Shown: positions 51,712 to 64,000 of the stretch, one piece after another
Position numbering within the stretch: position 1 is the first letter of the stretch
Layout of the letters: the number at the start of each line of letters is the position of its first letter
Assembly: GCF_006345805.1 (NCBI RefSeq)
Contig: NC_043014.1
Coordinates: 33,046,001-33,110,000, forward strand
DNA: 64,000 nt
Source: Octopus sinensis
Taxonomy: Eukaryota
Reading direction: 5' to 3'
Notes under the pieces: model-generated
What the model was told of the DNA's origin: nothing
Databases searched by the model: none
Seen by the model: only the letters and a program-made list of their open reading frames with translations
Translations under genes and position numbers: made by a program

Positions 51712-52192
51712 ATATGATGAGTTTAAAAAGGTGATCGCTCTACAGCGGTTTCCGTCGGTCGTATCACCGGCGTGGATGTGGGGATTGGGGGTCGCTTGTG
51801 TGTGTGTGTATGGTATGTGCATGCTTATACTAATGTTTTCCTGATATCCGGTTTAATTATTTGAATTTTCTTTGTTGAGGAGCTCCATTGCTAAAATTTA
51901 GATATTGACGACAGCGAAGTGTTACATGCTAAAATTTTTAAATGTATTGCACTTTTGCTTACAGACTGTACTTTCAAAGAGTGTGTGAGTGACATTGGTG
52001 AATGCCTATACCCATTCGATGTTTAAAAACTAGTTATATAAACTAATTATCGGCGTTTAAAAGACTAATTTATCGACGTTTAAAAACTGATTATCTGAAA
52101 AGCCCAGCTTTTCGAGAATGTCACTTAGACGTCTACTAATATAATTAAGTGCACCAAAATTATGAGTTTTAGTGTGAAGTTATAATCTAGAT

Positions 52193-52586
52193 CAGTGGCT
52201 TTCAACCATTTTTTTTTATCTAAGAACCCCTTTAATTACTAGTTTTTCTGGCAGACCCCCCACCCCCATAGCTTTTTGATGTTTAAAAACTAGTTTTATA
52301 GATACTTCTTTCAACATACCTATTTTACTTTTCACACATTAACTTGTTGTGTAGGTTGAGCTATGTAAAACGTTTGAGAAAGAAACTTATCTGTTCTATA
52401 ATTTAAGAGATGAGGAATTCTGTACATTATTTACATTATTTACATTTCACGGATATTTGTCCTCATTTTGTTGCTAACACATTTCGGCTGATATCCCCCC
52501 CCCCCAGCCTTCATCAGGTGTCTTGGGGATATTTCAAACCTGGGTTTTCGTTCCTTAAGTATTTTTCGATGTTGTTGTTGTTGTTG

Positions 52587-52658
<72 letters not shown>

Positions 52659-52785
52659 TCACTGCCTGGAATTGAACTCGGAATCTTGGGGTTAGTAGCC
52701 ACTACTATGCCCACGGGCACATGGCGTTGTGGTTAAGAGCGCAGGGTACTCACCCCAAGATTCCGAGTTCAATTCCAGGCAGTGA

Positions 52786-52860
<75 letters not shown>

Positions 52861-53135
52861 CAACAACAACATCGAAAAATACCTTAGGAATGAAAACCCA
52901 GGTTCAAAATTTCCCCCAAGACACCTGATGAAGCCGAAACGTGTTAGCAACAAACATGAGGACAAATATCCGTCAAATGTAAATAATGTAAGAAACCTAG
53001 CTGTTTCTTACAATAAATACACCTAAATCAAAAATTTTCATGGACCCTTAAGATACTACTTGTGGATCCCCAGTTTGCTATTTTGCTTGCGTGGATCCCC
53101 CAAAATCTTATATGGACTCCAGTTGAGAACCACTG
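52193..53135. mobile_element. hAT (Charlie-like) MITE carrying a nested insertion
   Basis: TIRs CAGTGGCTTTCAACC / AGTTGAGAACCACTG; perfect 8-bp TSD ATCTAGAT (52185-52192 and 53136-53143). Confidence 0.92.
52404..52989. mobile_element. Head-to-head inverted dimer of a tRNA-headed SINE with a Penelope-like hammerhead tail
   Basis: Right copy: A-box TGGCGTTGTGG 52722-52732, B-box GAGTTCAATTCC 52765-52776, (AAT)n(AAC)n, tail with CTGATGA 52925-52931 and GAAAC 52936-52940; left copy is its reverse complement (52404-52712). Confidence 0.88.
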
Positions 53136-53194
53136 ATCTAGATAGTAAAGCTGTAAATATTTGTTCAAACCAGGTAGAAAAACTGTAATGTATT

Positions 53195-53600
53195 CTCTTT
53201 TACTCTTTTACTCGTTTCAGTCATTCGACTGTGGCCATGCTGGAGCAGCGCCTTTAGTCGAGCAAATCGACCCCAGGACTTATTCTTTGGATGCTTAGTA
53301 CTTATTCTATCGGTCTCTTTTGCCGAACCACTAAGTTACAGGGACGTAAATACACCACCATTGGTTGTCAAGCGATGTTGGGGGGACAAACACAGACACA
53401 CAAACATATACACACATATATATAGATACATATATACGACGGGCTTCTTTCAGTTTCTGTCTACCAAATCCACTCACAAGGCTTTGGTTGGCCCAAGGCT
53501 ATAGTAGAAGACACTTGCCCAAGGTGCCACGCAGTGGGACTGAACCCGGAACCATGTGGTTCGTAAGCAAGCTACTTACCACAGAGCCACTCCTATGCCT
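53195..53600 (-). mobile_element. SINE family A, near full length
   Basis: Family A pattern. Confidence 0.9.
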
Positions 53601-54207
53601 ATAAAATCTGCCCATGGGACACGAACCCACATTTTCAGTAAACATGACAGTTGGTCTATCACTGTACCACAGCAATCCTTCGGCCGTAAATATTTTCTTT
53701 CCTAACGATTTTGACCGAAATGTTCACACCTGCAGGGCAGTTAACCTCTATGACAGCATAATCTTTCTTCTCAGTCCTAAACAACTCTCTGAAGCCTGCA
53801 CTTGGTGGAAGTTTTGATGAAATTACTCCACCATTATCCATTATATTGGTACATGTCTTCAAAAATAGAAGCATTTTCTATATTTATCTTGAGGCAATTC
53901 TTTCCTATGGATGGCATTGTATCATGTTTTAGCTGCATTAGAAAGTAATAACTTTATGGCATTTGTGGGAACTTTGTGTACATCTGTTCACATAAGAACC
54001 TTAGATGGAGAATTTGGGGAATGTCTTACAAATCTTCACTGAACCACTTCTAGATTGGATTTAGAGAATTTACATCAGTTTCTTTTGCTGTTTTTCCATG
54101 AAACCGAGTAATTCTAGATTTTTGTGAAAATTTGTTGGTACATAAGCTAATGTACCTATGACGATAAGTACAAATGAGAATTTATAGTCAGAGCACCAGA
54201 GCTGTAA

Positions 54208-54600
54208 GTTGCATGTATGTATGTATGTATGTATGTATGAGTGTATGTATGTATGTATGAGTGTATGTATGTATGTATGTATGTATGTATGTATGTATGT
54301 ATGTATTTATGTATGTATGTATTTATGTATGTATGTATGTTTGTATGTATGTATGTATGTATGTGTGTGTGTATGTGTGTGTGTGTATGTATGTATGATC
54401 ATCATTATTCGGTTTTATTTCAAAATTTTTGGCCAATAGAGAAATAGTTGGTTTCTATCCTAGATCCAAGTCTCCTTCATTGGAATTTCAACAACAGGAT
54501 ATTTTTGCATGTTTGTATGTATGTATGTATGTATGTATGTATGTATGTATGTATGTATGTATTATGTATGTATGTATGTATGTATGTATGTATGTATGTA
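54208..54600. repeat. Two (TATG)n tracts enclosing a about 110-bp RLE 3'UTR-like insert (54400-54513)
   Basis: The insert on - contains CCAATGAAGGAGACTTGGATCTAGGATAGAAACC, versus CCAATGATGGAGCATTGTATCTTTGTTGGAAACC near 50200-50235. Confidence 0.75.
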
Positions 54601-55060
54601 TAACAAGGCAATTTTACAGAAGTGTGACTACGCAAATTGATGTATGCAGAAATGAATGTGTGGATAAAGTTGCTCTTAGATAATGGGTATACATTTCTCC
54701 TTATTAAACAAGTGGGTGTGATTACATTTTACGTGGGGATATGCTTCATGCCATACGTGACTGCTCATCTTCTTTCATTCCAAGAAAGTTACATTCATTT
54801 CAGGAATCTTTGGAATGTTTTACAGATCTTCACTATACCATTAATCGATTGGATTCGATGGATACAAGTCAGTTTGATTTGTTCTTTCTTGGAAAACTCA
54901 AGCATCTTTAGACGTTTTATGCAAATTTTACGTAGTTGTTATATGGCTCCATGCATCAGTGATAATGGGTATAAAATGTTAATCTGTAGCCTGGCAGTCA
55001 CAGCACCAGTATTTTGTAGCAGCTCAGGCAAGTTTCGGGCAGAAAATTTCGAGCACAGGC
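54601..55060 (-). mobile_element. RLE-type non-LTR element C-terminus plus 3'UTR
   Basis: FIPIITDA...KRLKMLEFSKKEQIKLTCIHRIQSINGIVKICKTFQRFLK*, homologous to 50073-50175; the 3' end abuts (CATA)n on the - strand. Confidence 0.8.
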
Positions 55061-55149
55061 AAAGTTGTATACAATTAATAATATGAGCTTTTATATAATG
55101 GATCAAATTCAAAGTCACTTCTCAATGCACTTAGACATGTAACCTGATA

Positions 55150-57330
55150 ACATCTATTATAAGTTAATGTAACACAAATTTCAAAACAACACCTCTCCTG
55201 TTAGAGTAATTTATCATGAAACAAAGGACAAATATTTTCATGTTTTTGGCATATTGTACATTTATGGCTGTTGCATCTAAATTATCCAATATATTGTCCG
55301 TCCTAAGGCAGCAAACTGGCGGGATCGTTAGCATGCCAGGCAAAATGCTTAGCGGCATTGCATCTGTCTTCTTGTTCTGGACTCAAATTCCGCCGAGGTC
55401 AACTTAGCCTTTCATTCTTTCGGATTCCATATATTAAGTATCAATTAAACACTGTGGTAGATTTAATCGACTTACCGCCTCCCCCAAAATTGCTGGTCTT
55501 TTGCTAAAACTTGAAATTAATATATTGTCCAGCATGTGATTTTGCAGATATTGCCCACCATGTAATTTTGACCATAAGCTGCCTGGAAAATTTGTGTTTA
55601 CAGACAGCATTACAGTAATGTTTAGCAGCTTGAAAACGTCAAGGAAAGTAACCTTGTAGTGATGCAAGAAGAAAAAGCACTTAAGTCACTTGATAAGTAA
55701 GTTCAAAATGCATGACTTCCGCTTATTGCAACACTTTACACTGTGAAACTTAGCTTTTAGATTGTCCCAGTTTAGACGAGATGCCTCTGTCATGAATTTG
55801 AGACTTATAATGTTGGGAAAATAATATCTGGAAGACATTCTCTCGCAGTTGGCAATAATGCGGTTGATGTATTGGTCTTACACAGCCTACATTTGTTGTC
55901 TGCACTTGGTGGGGATCTCTTGTTCTTGGATTGCATGGATCTAAACTTTCAAAGTGGGATGTCATAAACTAGTCAGTACTCCATGCCAAGTTGTTGACAT
56001 GATCGATTCCGTCTATGGTTTGTGTTTTATGTACCAAGTATCAAACATGTTAAGGCTACCAAACTTGGTAGCCATAACATGTTCAGAGCCAGCTGTTTGA
56101 TAGTATGCCACATATCTTCATTGTCCAGCTTGTTTCACTCGACACCAGGATCCTCGACACAACCGGATATTAATTCATTTGCTGCATTCATAAACTGTGA
56201 ATATTGATGCATCTTTGCCAGAGGCTTGATTCAAAGGAGAACTTATTCAAAATGAAGAAAAAGGATACGATTGCTTACAGACAAAAAGGACAGAAGAGAC
56301 CTGCCCTTAGTTTATTTTTGCAGTGATCTGGTGTCTTCACTGAAATGTGATAGAGTGTCCAAAATAACTGGAAGCATACAATGCATAGCATAACACGGTG
56401 TGTGCTGACATCCATTGTGTACTGGACAAGATTTTCAGTTCCACGAAGTGTTCATCCTTTTCTCCTTATAGCTGCTTAAAGTACTGATGCGCTGTTGACT
56501 GAACCATGAATAGGCAGGGTTGCTACAGTATGACAAAAATTTCTCCTGCAGCCGTTACGTATTTTATACAATCAACTGTCACCATGCTGAGTTGATGGAT
56601 GTGATAGTTGACACAGACTGCTAATAGGACGAAGCAATTTTACTGCTCAAGTTTGAAGCACCATCATAGCATTAGATGAAACACATCTAGACATTAATAC
56701 CAAAGCAGTTCAGCCTTGATGATGTGCACTACTGAAGCAATTCAGCATCAAGCTACTCAATATTCAAAAAATTCTTCACAGCTATCATTGTCAAAAGGAT
56801 AGCATAGACCAAAGGAGAGCCATTCACTTTTCAGAATGTATGTGTTTTATTCATGATTAATACAAAAGATTCTAATTTACGATAAATATTTCTTGAGCTA
56901 TTTCTTCTTTGGTTATTGATGTCATGCAAGAAACAAACTTTTTCTGAATATCGGGATGTTAACATTTGACATTTCCATGCTCCCCCATCATCTACTCTAT
57001 GATGATAGGATCATCTTTCAATATGGGGCCCATTATTTCTCGTTATTATTCTTATCCGGCATGTCCATGTCTGCTTTGTGATATTCATAATATCACCGCT
57101 AATAATAAAACAGGACAAAACAGATAGCTAGTGCTTATTTACACAAAGTTGCTTCACATGTGATTCACTGGAGGGCACACATGCATTCTTTTCATTGAGA
57201 TTTTGGTAGTCCTTCCACAAAGAAGCAGCTGTGATATAAAATTAGGAACTCTGGTAGATAGCCAAATCATTCTTTTACCCAGAAGCATGCTTCTGATTGA
57301 AAAAGCTCCCCTTTTCTTTTTCTTTTTTCT
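55150..57330 (-). pseudogene. Decayed hAT (ZMYM1/TTF-type) transposase
   Basis: TTF-finger-like SLWKDY...SESH (57150-57300), CYDGASNL (about 56660), LKILSSTQW, dimerisation-like YKVTFLDVFKLLNITVMLSVNT...YLQNHMLDNIL; many stops and frameshifts. Confidence 0.72.
55305..55520 (+). mobile_element. SINE family B inserted in the hAT remnant
   Basis: AATATATTGTCC duplicated on both sides (about 55288-55299 and 55520-55531). Confidence 0.8.
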
Positions 57331-57424
57331 TCTCTCTTTTTTTTTTTTTTGGTATTGTGAATACCTGTGCATGTGCAGTTTTTGAATAATCTGAAAAATA
57401 CCAATATATCAAAAAATCAAAATA

Positions 57425-58110
57425 TCAGTATATTGCATTTCCTTGTATGCTGTATTTTACAAATAGATATAATTTATTAAATTCCGGCTTGAAACTCAGG
57501 TAACTTGAGCGAGCAGTGGTTGAGACACTCACCGCTTTGACTGCACTTAATATGAGCAAGATGAGGATCCTGAATCTACTGAACTTCGATTGCTTTAGAA
57601 ACATCAACTTTTGCACTGAAAAGAGGGTCCCCCCCCTCACCATCAAGTAAAAGAGTTTTCCGATTCCTTACTACATGACCACTTGTTACTCATCCTCTAT
57701 AAAATGATGATATGTTTGATGATATTTTCGATATGTACACGTAATTGTTACATGAGGGAAGACATTAAAACTGTATTTCAGAAACAAAATGGATTTATTA
57801 TTTTTGAAGCCAAATGTACTGAAGACTTTGAAAGCATCTTCACTTAGAACTGCATTTGCATACGCCCATTCTACACAAATCATGCGATCTTGTCCTATAG
57901 TATTGTGTAGATAACTCTTCAATCTTCTGAGGATGCTTAAAAGAACGTTCAGAAGAACAAGATGTGGCAGAATTCACGAAGTATCGAATGTTGGAAAGTT
58001 TACTGAATAGAAATTTACCAATGATTCCGTTGCAGTTCTTTGTATTCAAAACCAAGATAGAATTGTAAAGGACAAAAGCCACAACATATCAAATTTCTAT
58101 ATTTGGTAGC
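57425..58110 (-). mobile_element. Additional hAT dimerisation-domain fragments
   Basis: NSATSCSSERSF...KSYLHNTIGQDR (57880-58000) and LILLILSAVKAVSVSTTARSS (57500-57570). Confidence 0.7.
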
Positions 58111-59074
58111 GACATTTCACATCAGAAGATCTTAGCATACTTTTGACCATTTACTATGCCGGCACATGTGTCTGAATGTAAGTCAAGAGTAATGGAAAAT
58201 TCCATAGTTTCATACTAAAAGATGGTCATAAATTGATATCCACAAGAAATACAAATCAGAGAGGAGAGGAACTTGGCAAAGGTTAGTAGAATGGCTCATA
58301 ACACCACACATATTAAAAGATCACCTCATAAAATATGAAGATTTATTTTCTCTCTCTCTCTATCCCCCTCTCTCTATCTCCCTCTCTCTATCTCCCCCTC
58401 TCTCCATACATAAACACACTCTTGGCATTCAGATAAACATTCTCAGTGAGTAATCTCTGTAATGTCTTCGCATAGATAAATATGATTTATTAAAAACTTA
58501 ATATGGCGACTTGGTTTTAAATGGGAAACAACACACAGCTTAACTAAAATATCCAACTCCCAGCTAATATAATTCATCAATACGAATCCTAAAACTATAA
58601 ACTTCATTCAGCGTTTTGAGCATGAGTCACAGCATCGTTTCCCGCGATATTTGTTTTGTTCGGAAATGTTTCACTAAAGAAACAGAATTTTTGTTTCTTT
58701 TGACCAACCAGCTTGACCTTTCTTGACTCCACTATTCATCATTCATTCTAACTCCAATAATAGATAACTCATCGTTTACCAGTTGCTGCCTAGCTTTCTG
58801 CAGAGTCACGCATGTAAAACAATATTTAACTCTTGGACTTAGATGTCGAACAAGTTCAGTTTTGCAGGTCAGATTGATGCATTAACTAGATCTCACGGCG
58901 GGATAGAGTCATTTATCCACCTCCACCCCCTATTCGTAATAAAGGCCAAAGCAAATGGGTAAAGAGTCAATGTACATTATAACAACTTTATTAACAATAA
59001 ATGAAAGAATATGAGATGTTAGTAAAGTTTTTGCACAGGAAACTCGTGGAGGAAACTCGTCCACATGAAATACA

Positions 59075-60290
59075 TACCCAGTTGAGACAAAAGTTTCTTT
59101 GGATTATCACTGAGGATTTTTTTTCAACTTGTATTTGTATGTTATATCATTAATTTGATGCAACTTGTCCAATCATTGCTAGATTGTTTATTCTTTATTT
59201 CCATATATAGCATATAAACAAATATTGTTTGTTTTTCATTTTACAGTTTTTATAATGAGCGGTGAAAAAATTGCAATTAAAGCCATTTTACGCTCTGGAA
59301 AAAAGGACTGAATACCAGGGTAGCATCAAAAGAAATTAATGATATGGAAGGCTCAGGAACAGTCAATGAACGTGTAGTACAAAACTCATTCATATGTTTC
59401 AAAGAAGGAGACAACAGTCTTGAAAACAACCAAGGTCAATGCGACCTTCTGTTGTGGAAGATGAGGCCTTGCTTAAAATGGCTAAACAACATTCAAGCCC
59501 AAGCACTCATACATTGTTGGCAGAACTTGGTCCTTCACAAAGCACTATCAATCAACACCTTCAAAAGCTCGGCCTTCTTAACAGATGCTGTCGAGAAGTT
59601 TCTCATGAACTGGCCAATGAACAAGGTCAGTTAAAGTGTGAACGTTTGCAAATAACTTCTGGCAAATCTTTGAGATGCTTGTTTTGTAACTGAGGGTGAA
59701 AATTGGATCTATTTTCGTAATCCTAATGTGAAAAATTAGTGCCTTCAATCCGGTTAGGTTTCAGAACTTGTCAAACAAGAGCGATTTGAACAGATCGTCA
59801 TATTATGTGTTTGGTGGAATTTCAAGGGGGCGTTACTTTTTGAGCTTGTCCCAGATGGTCATGTTGTGCCCAGATGGTCATGTTGTGAATGCTGGCAGCT
59901 AGTATATTATGCTTTGAAAGGCCACTACTTGACATTGGTCAATCGAAGACACTCACACTTACAGTATTACAATTTCCCAGCATACACTGCCAATGTGATT
60001 AAGTGCAAACTTGAGGAATTTGAGGTGCTGAAAGTGCTGCCTCACCTTGCCTTCAGTCCAAACCTAACAACATTAGATTATCACATTTTCCGAGTCATGG
60101 CTCAGTTCCTGCATGGACAGAGGTTCAGCAATGTGGATGAGGTTGATAATGAGTGCAGGGAACTTTGTGCCTCCAAATGATGATATATATGTGGAATTGA
60201 GCTTCTGGCACAATGATTACAACAGACACTAGAATAATGATAAGATATTTTGATGAATGATGAATGAACGCTTTTCGTTTGTAATTTGTT
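59075..60290 (+). mobile_element. Defective mariner transposon
   Basis: GTVNERVVQNSFICFKEGD HTH, VILCVWWN, KVLPHLAFSPNLTTLDYHIFRVMAQFL. Confidence 0.88.
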
Positions 60291-60295
60291 TGAAC

Positions 60296-60645
60296 TGTAG
60301 CGGCACAAGCAGGCAGCGCCATATTGGATGAGATCTTGCAGCAGCCAAACCCATCTCCAAGACTGGAGCTAGTCCTCACCTGCATCCATTTGCCCTGCGT
60401 GAGATCACAATGAGGCTCTCAATGGAAACTATATAAAGGAAAACCGATTCAGACCTGTCTCTTCTTTGGCACCACTACACAGCAGCATTGGCTGGAGGCA
60501 ATTTGCACCTGCACTATCGGTGCTTAAGATGATAGCTGAGAGCAGTACACTTCACCCTTTCACCCTTTCCTGTAAACAAACCAGTTGTAAATAGCAGTTG
60601 TACTTGAAGTCTTTCTCTTTTCGCCTGCCGAAAGCCTGAACTACA
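60296..60645 (+). mobile_element. Probable solo LTR
   Basis: Begins TGTAG and ends CTACA (5-bp inverted termini), 350 bp, TATATAAGG at 60430; flanks TGAAC/CGAAG only partly match; no AATAAA. Confidence 0.5.
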
Positions 60646-61589
60646 CGAAGAACAAAAAGATGATGGAAGGAGACGATATTCTTCCAATATCGTAACCTTG
60701 CCTTTCATTATTAAAGAACTATCAACCTTGTATATGCAGTTCTATACCGCACTAAGCATTTACATCGATAACCTCAAATGTTACACAAGCATCTTTTCCT
60801 GTAAAACGAACCTTGGTTGTCATTCTATCTTTGATCGAATATTTTTTTGTATCATAAAACTGAGCCTTGGGGCAAAGCTGCAATTTCAAAGCCCTCCTGT
60901 TTTTATAAACCAATGGAAGGATACTAAAGTAAAATATGAGAAAGAATGGGACAATGTAAATTAAGAAGTTAAAATAGAACAGGCTTAATAGGTAGCGAAA
61001 GAAAGGAAGCTACGATCATGTTTGTTTACAACTTGTGGACAAAAGAATAATTGATTAATGAATTGATGTAGAATAAATTGCATTACAGTGACAAATTAAT
61101 GACGTCTGCCATGGAAATACTTCAGAAAAATGTGACTTCTGCAAAAGAAAAATCATGAACACGGAATGAATTGGATATTTATGTATGGTGGTGGGGGTTG
61201 CACTAGATGAAATTTTGTGAGACTAGGTTAGGCTGCTGGAAGTCCAGATATTGGCCAGGTTTGCCCTTGTCTGGTGCTACCAGTGATAACTCTCTCTCTC
61301 TCTCTCTCTCCTACACTTCTGCTCTCCCTCTCTACTTCACCCATACTACCTGCAAAGAAAAGTCATGACAGTTTTGCCATCATGTTTAATACAGTATGTA
61401 AGACATACTTATTTATGTAATGTCTAATATTTTAAAATCATTTTGGTGAGTCGAGTGACAACTTATGGCATGTTTCTTGTATATCTGCTAAATTAATGAT
61501 AGCAGATTCAATACACTGACATAGAGCAATCTACATAAATAGTGATCTAAGATTAACATAATGACTAGAGAACTTACCCAGAGAACGAT

Positions 61590-62150
61590 CTGCATGAAAA
61601 ATAGCAGAAGTTAAGAATCTCATTGGTTTCTCTACTGGATCTGAGTTAAACCATAAAAAAACCTCCATCAGGCATTTGCCATATTCTGAACGCCTTACTT
61701 CCCTGGGCATGGATGCATTGAAACTCCGATGTTTGGCAGTTGACTTGGCAGACACCCATAAAATTATTAACTATCTTACAAACAATAACTCTGAGCACCT
61801 TTTCAAACTCCACCTGTCTAACACCCATGGATATGTTTACAAAGTCAGTAAACAGCACAGCTCCCATGACTTTCGGAAACATTTTTTCACACTAAGAGTT
61901 ACTGAAGCATGGAACAGACTGCCGGCATCAGTTGTTAGTTGTCGGAGCACTGCATCCTTCAAAACTTCCATGCTTCCTGGGATTCGCCAACACTACACCT
62001 GATTTTCTCCCCTCCATACACACGCAAGCATGTATCTGACTCATACACTGTTCGCTTTCCAGACATTTGTACATTACTGCATATACTTTATATGCACTTT
62101 TGACAAGTTGTGGTGCACCTGAGCACTGTATACAATAATTTCATTATTAT
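61590..62150 (+). mobile_element. CR1-type LINE 3' end
   Basis: PYSERLTSLGMDALKLRCL...RKHFFTLRVTEAWNRLPASVVSCRSTASFK; ends in a CATTATTAT-type tail. Confidence 0.88.
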
Positions 62151-62409
62151 AAAATGGTATATGATGATTTTATTATAGTTTAACAACAACAACACCTTCA
62201 TATAAGAGTGGACAACATCTTTCATGCTCACTACACAGTGAATGCCTTAAGCCGTAGATATAATGGTTAGGGCTGAAGACTGACTTCATCTTTCCTGCAG
62301 GTTATCTATGGTAAATCTTAAAGGCACTTACCATTCTTCTTCAAGCTATATCCATAGGAGAAATCGAACCCTGTACTACCCTTTAGTGTTCACATTATTC
62401 TACCAAAAC

Positions 62410-62599
62410 TAATGCTTTTTTATCCACATTGTTTTGAACTAATCATGCATTATCTTGTAGTTATGAGATTTTGATGTGGTAGCTGTTAATTTTTAAGATG
62501 ATATTGTAGGGTTGGTGTGAGAGACCAGATCTGGTCAGTTTGAACATAAAACAAGCAGAATACTTTTGGCCAGATATGGCCGGTTTAAATGCTGAAGGG
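62410..62599 (-). mobile_element. piggyBac-like MITE
   Basis: Ends TTTAAATGCTGAAGGG TTAA (62600-62603). Confidence 0.8.
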
Positions 62600-63034
62600 T
62601 TAAGCAGACACTCATCAATTTCTCAGTTGTCCAAATACTTGTAGCGATGCGGTGTAGCTACTTGCATGCTAATAACTTACTGAACTGAGCCATACTGAAG
62701 TTATGTGTTTGAGCTATGAGATGGAAAGTGGTGGTGAGCAGAAGGTAACTGTGATGGGAAGAGACGTGGGGGGAAGGAGAGATAATAATGAGATGCATAC
62801 GTGAGAAGATCGTTGAGAAAGGGAATAAATAATGAGATGAGAATGAGAAAAAATGGTGGGAAAATTAAAGAAATTCTGACTTATTTCCTAAATCTGAACA
62901 TCCAAATTGTAAATATACTAACAAACCTATTGACACTTGCCTATCAGATGTAAACACACCTACTGCACATATTAAATCTATTTACATGACAGGAAATAGA
63001 TATACTGGATATAAGGTAAGTCTAACCAGTGACC

Positions 63035-63410
63035 AGATATGAAACGTGTGTCACATATAAAATACTCCTACCAGGTATAAAATATGTGCTAGATATAAAC
63101 TTTCTACATACTTGATATGAAACAGACAGCTGGATATACCACGTTAAACATCTACCAGATATGAAACATGTACCAAGTATAAAATACATGTACCAGATAT
63201 AAAATATATATGCTAAATATGAAATATATGTACCAAGTACAAAATACATGTAAACAGATATAAAATATATATGCTAGATATGAAACATGTGTCAAGTATA
63301 AAATACATGTGGCAGATATAAAATATGTATACTAGATGTGAAACATTTACCAATTATAAAATACATGTATGAGATACAAAATATACATGTTAGGTATGAA
63401 ATATATCTTG
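63035..63410. repeat. Minisatellite with about 19-20-bp monomers and about 58-bp higher-order unit
   Basis: ACCAGATATAAAATATATATGCTAGATATGAAACATGTACCAAGTATAAAATACATGT-like unit repeated about 4-5 times. Confidence 0.75.
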
Positions 63411-63412
63411 TA

Positions 63413-63742
63413 GACCCCCTTCAGTCACGAATGACCATGGGATTGTACCTAGAAAGTTCCCCTCCGAAGTACAAGTCTGGGCAAGGTTGTTTATGGAAGA
63501 CTAGCAGTCACCCATGCATACCAGTCTCCCCTCTCCACACCACTGATGTTATCCAAGGGAAAGGCAATCGCTGATACAGCTTGGCACCAGTGATGTCGCA
63601 ACTCATTTCTACAGCTGAGTGAACTGGAGCAATGTGAAATAAAGTGTCTTGCTCAAGAACACAATATGCAGCCCAGTCTGGGATTCGAACTCACAACCTC
63701 ACGGTCGTAAGTTCCACACTTTAACCACTGAGCCATGCACCT
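63413..63742 (-). mobile_element. SINE family C
   Basis: Reverse copy of 3066-3392 with a tRNA head (GTTCGAATCCC). Confidence 0.85.
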
Positions 63743-63814
63743 TCACTATGAAATATATCTACTCCATGCTAATTATCCCTACAAGATGTAAAATATGCCT
63801 ACAATGATAGGTGC

Positions 63815-64000
63815 ATGTATGGCTGTGTGGCAAGAAGCTTGCTTCCCAACCATGTAGTTCTGGGTTCAGTCCCACTGCATGGTTAGACAAGTGTCTTCTA
63901 CTATAACCTTGGGCCCACCAAAGCCTTGTTAAACAGAAACTGAAAGAAGCCCATTGTGAGAGTATTGTGTGTGTGTGTGTGTGTGTGTGTTTGTCCCCTA
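63815..64000 (+). mobile_element. SINE family A 5' part, runs off the window
   Basis: TGGCTGTGTGGCAAGAAGCTTGCTTCCCAACC...GGTTCAGTCCC. Confidence 0.85.

Noticed and set aside
52410-53026. Poly-Leu and poly-Asn ORFs
   Set aside because: Translations of the (AAT)n/(TTA)n tracts in the inverted SINE dimer

Overview
AT-rich, microsatellite- and transposon-saturated animal genomic DNA. The SINE families, (TA/CA)n tracts and mariner/RTE remnants look like octopus (coleoid cephalopod); this is inferred by recognition, not by a search. Two host genes face each other: the last coding exon of a C2H2 zinc-finger gene (+, 4665-4912) and a BTB-BACK gene of the BTBD17 type (-, main exon 25582-24102, probable short first coding exon 26095-26062). 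Almost everything else is repeat-derived: at least five SINE/LINE-tail families, TTAA-flanked piggyBac-like MITEs, a hAT-Charlie MITE, five mariner remnants, RTE, CR1, RLE-type and Penelope (GIY-YIG) fragments, a decayed hAT transposase, a probable solo LTR and a CpG-decayed tRNA-Val. Most interesting signals: (1) a tRNA-headed SINE whose tail matches the hammerhead-bearing 3' end of a Penelope element present in the same window, inserted as a head-to-head inverted dimer; (2) three insertions of an RLE-type non-LTR retrotransposon abutting (CATA)n, suggesting microsatellite targeting; (3) three different minimal type-I hammerhead-like motifs with palindromic helix III. Most short ORFs in the supplied track are microsatellite or SINE artefacts. 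Repeat boundaries are approximate unless a TSD/TIR is quoted.
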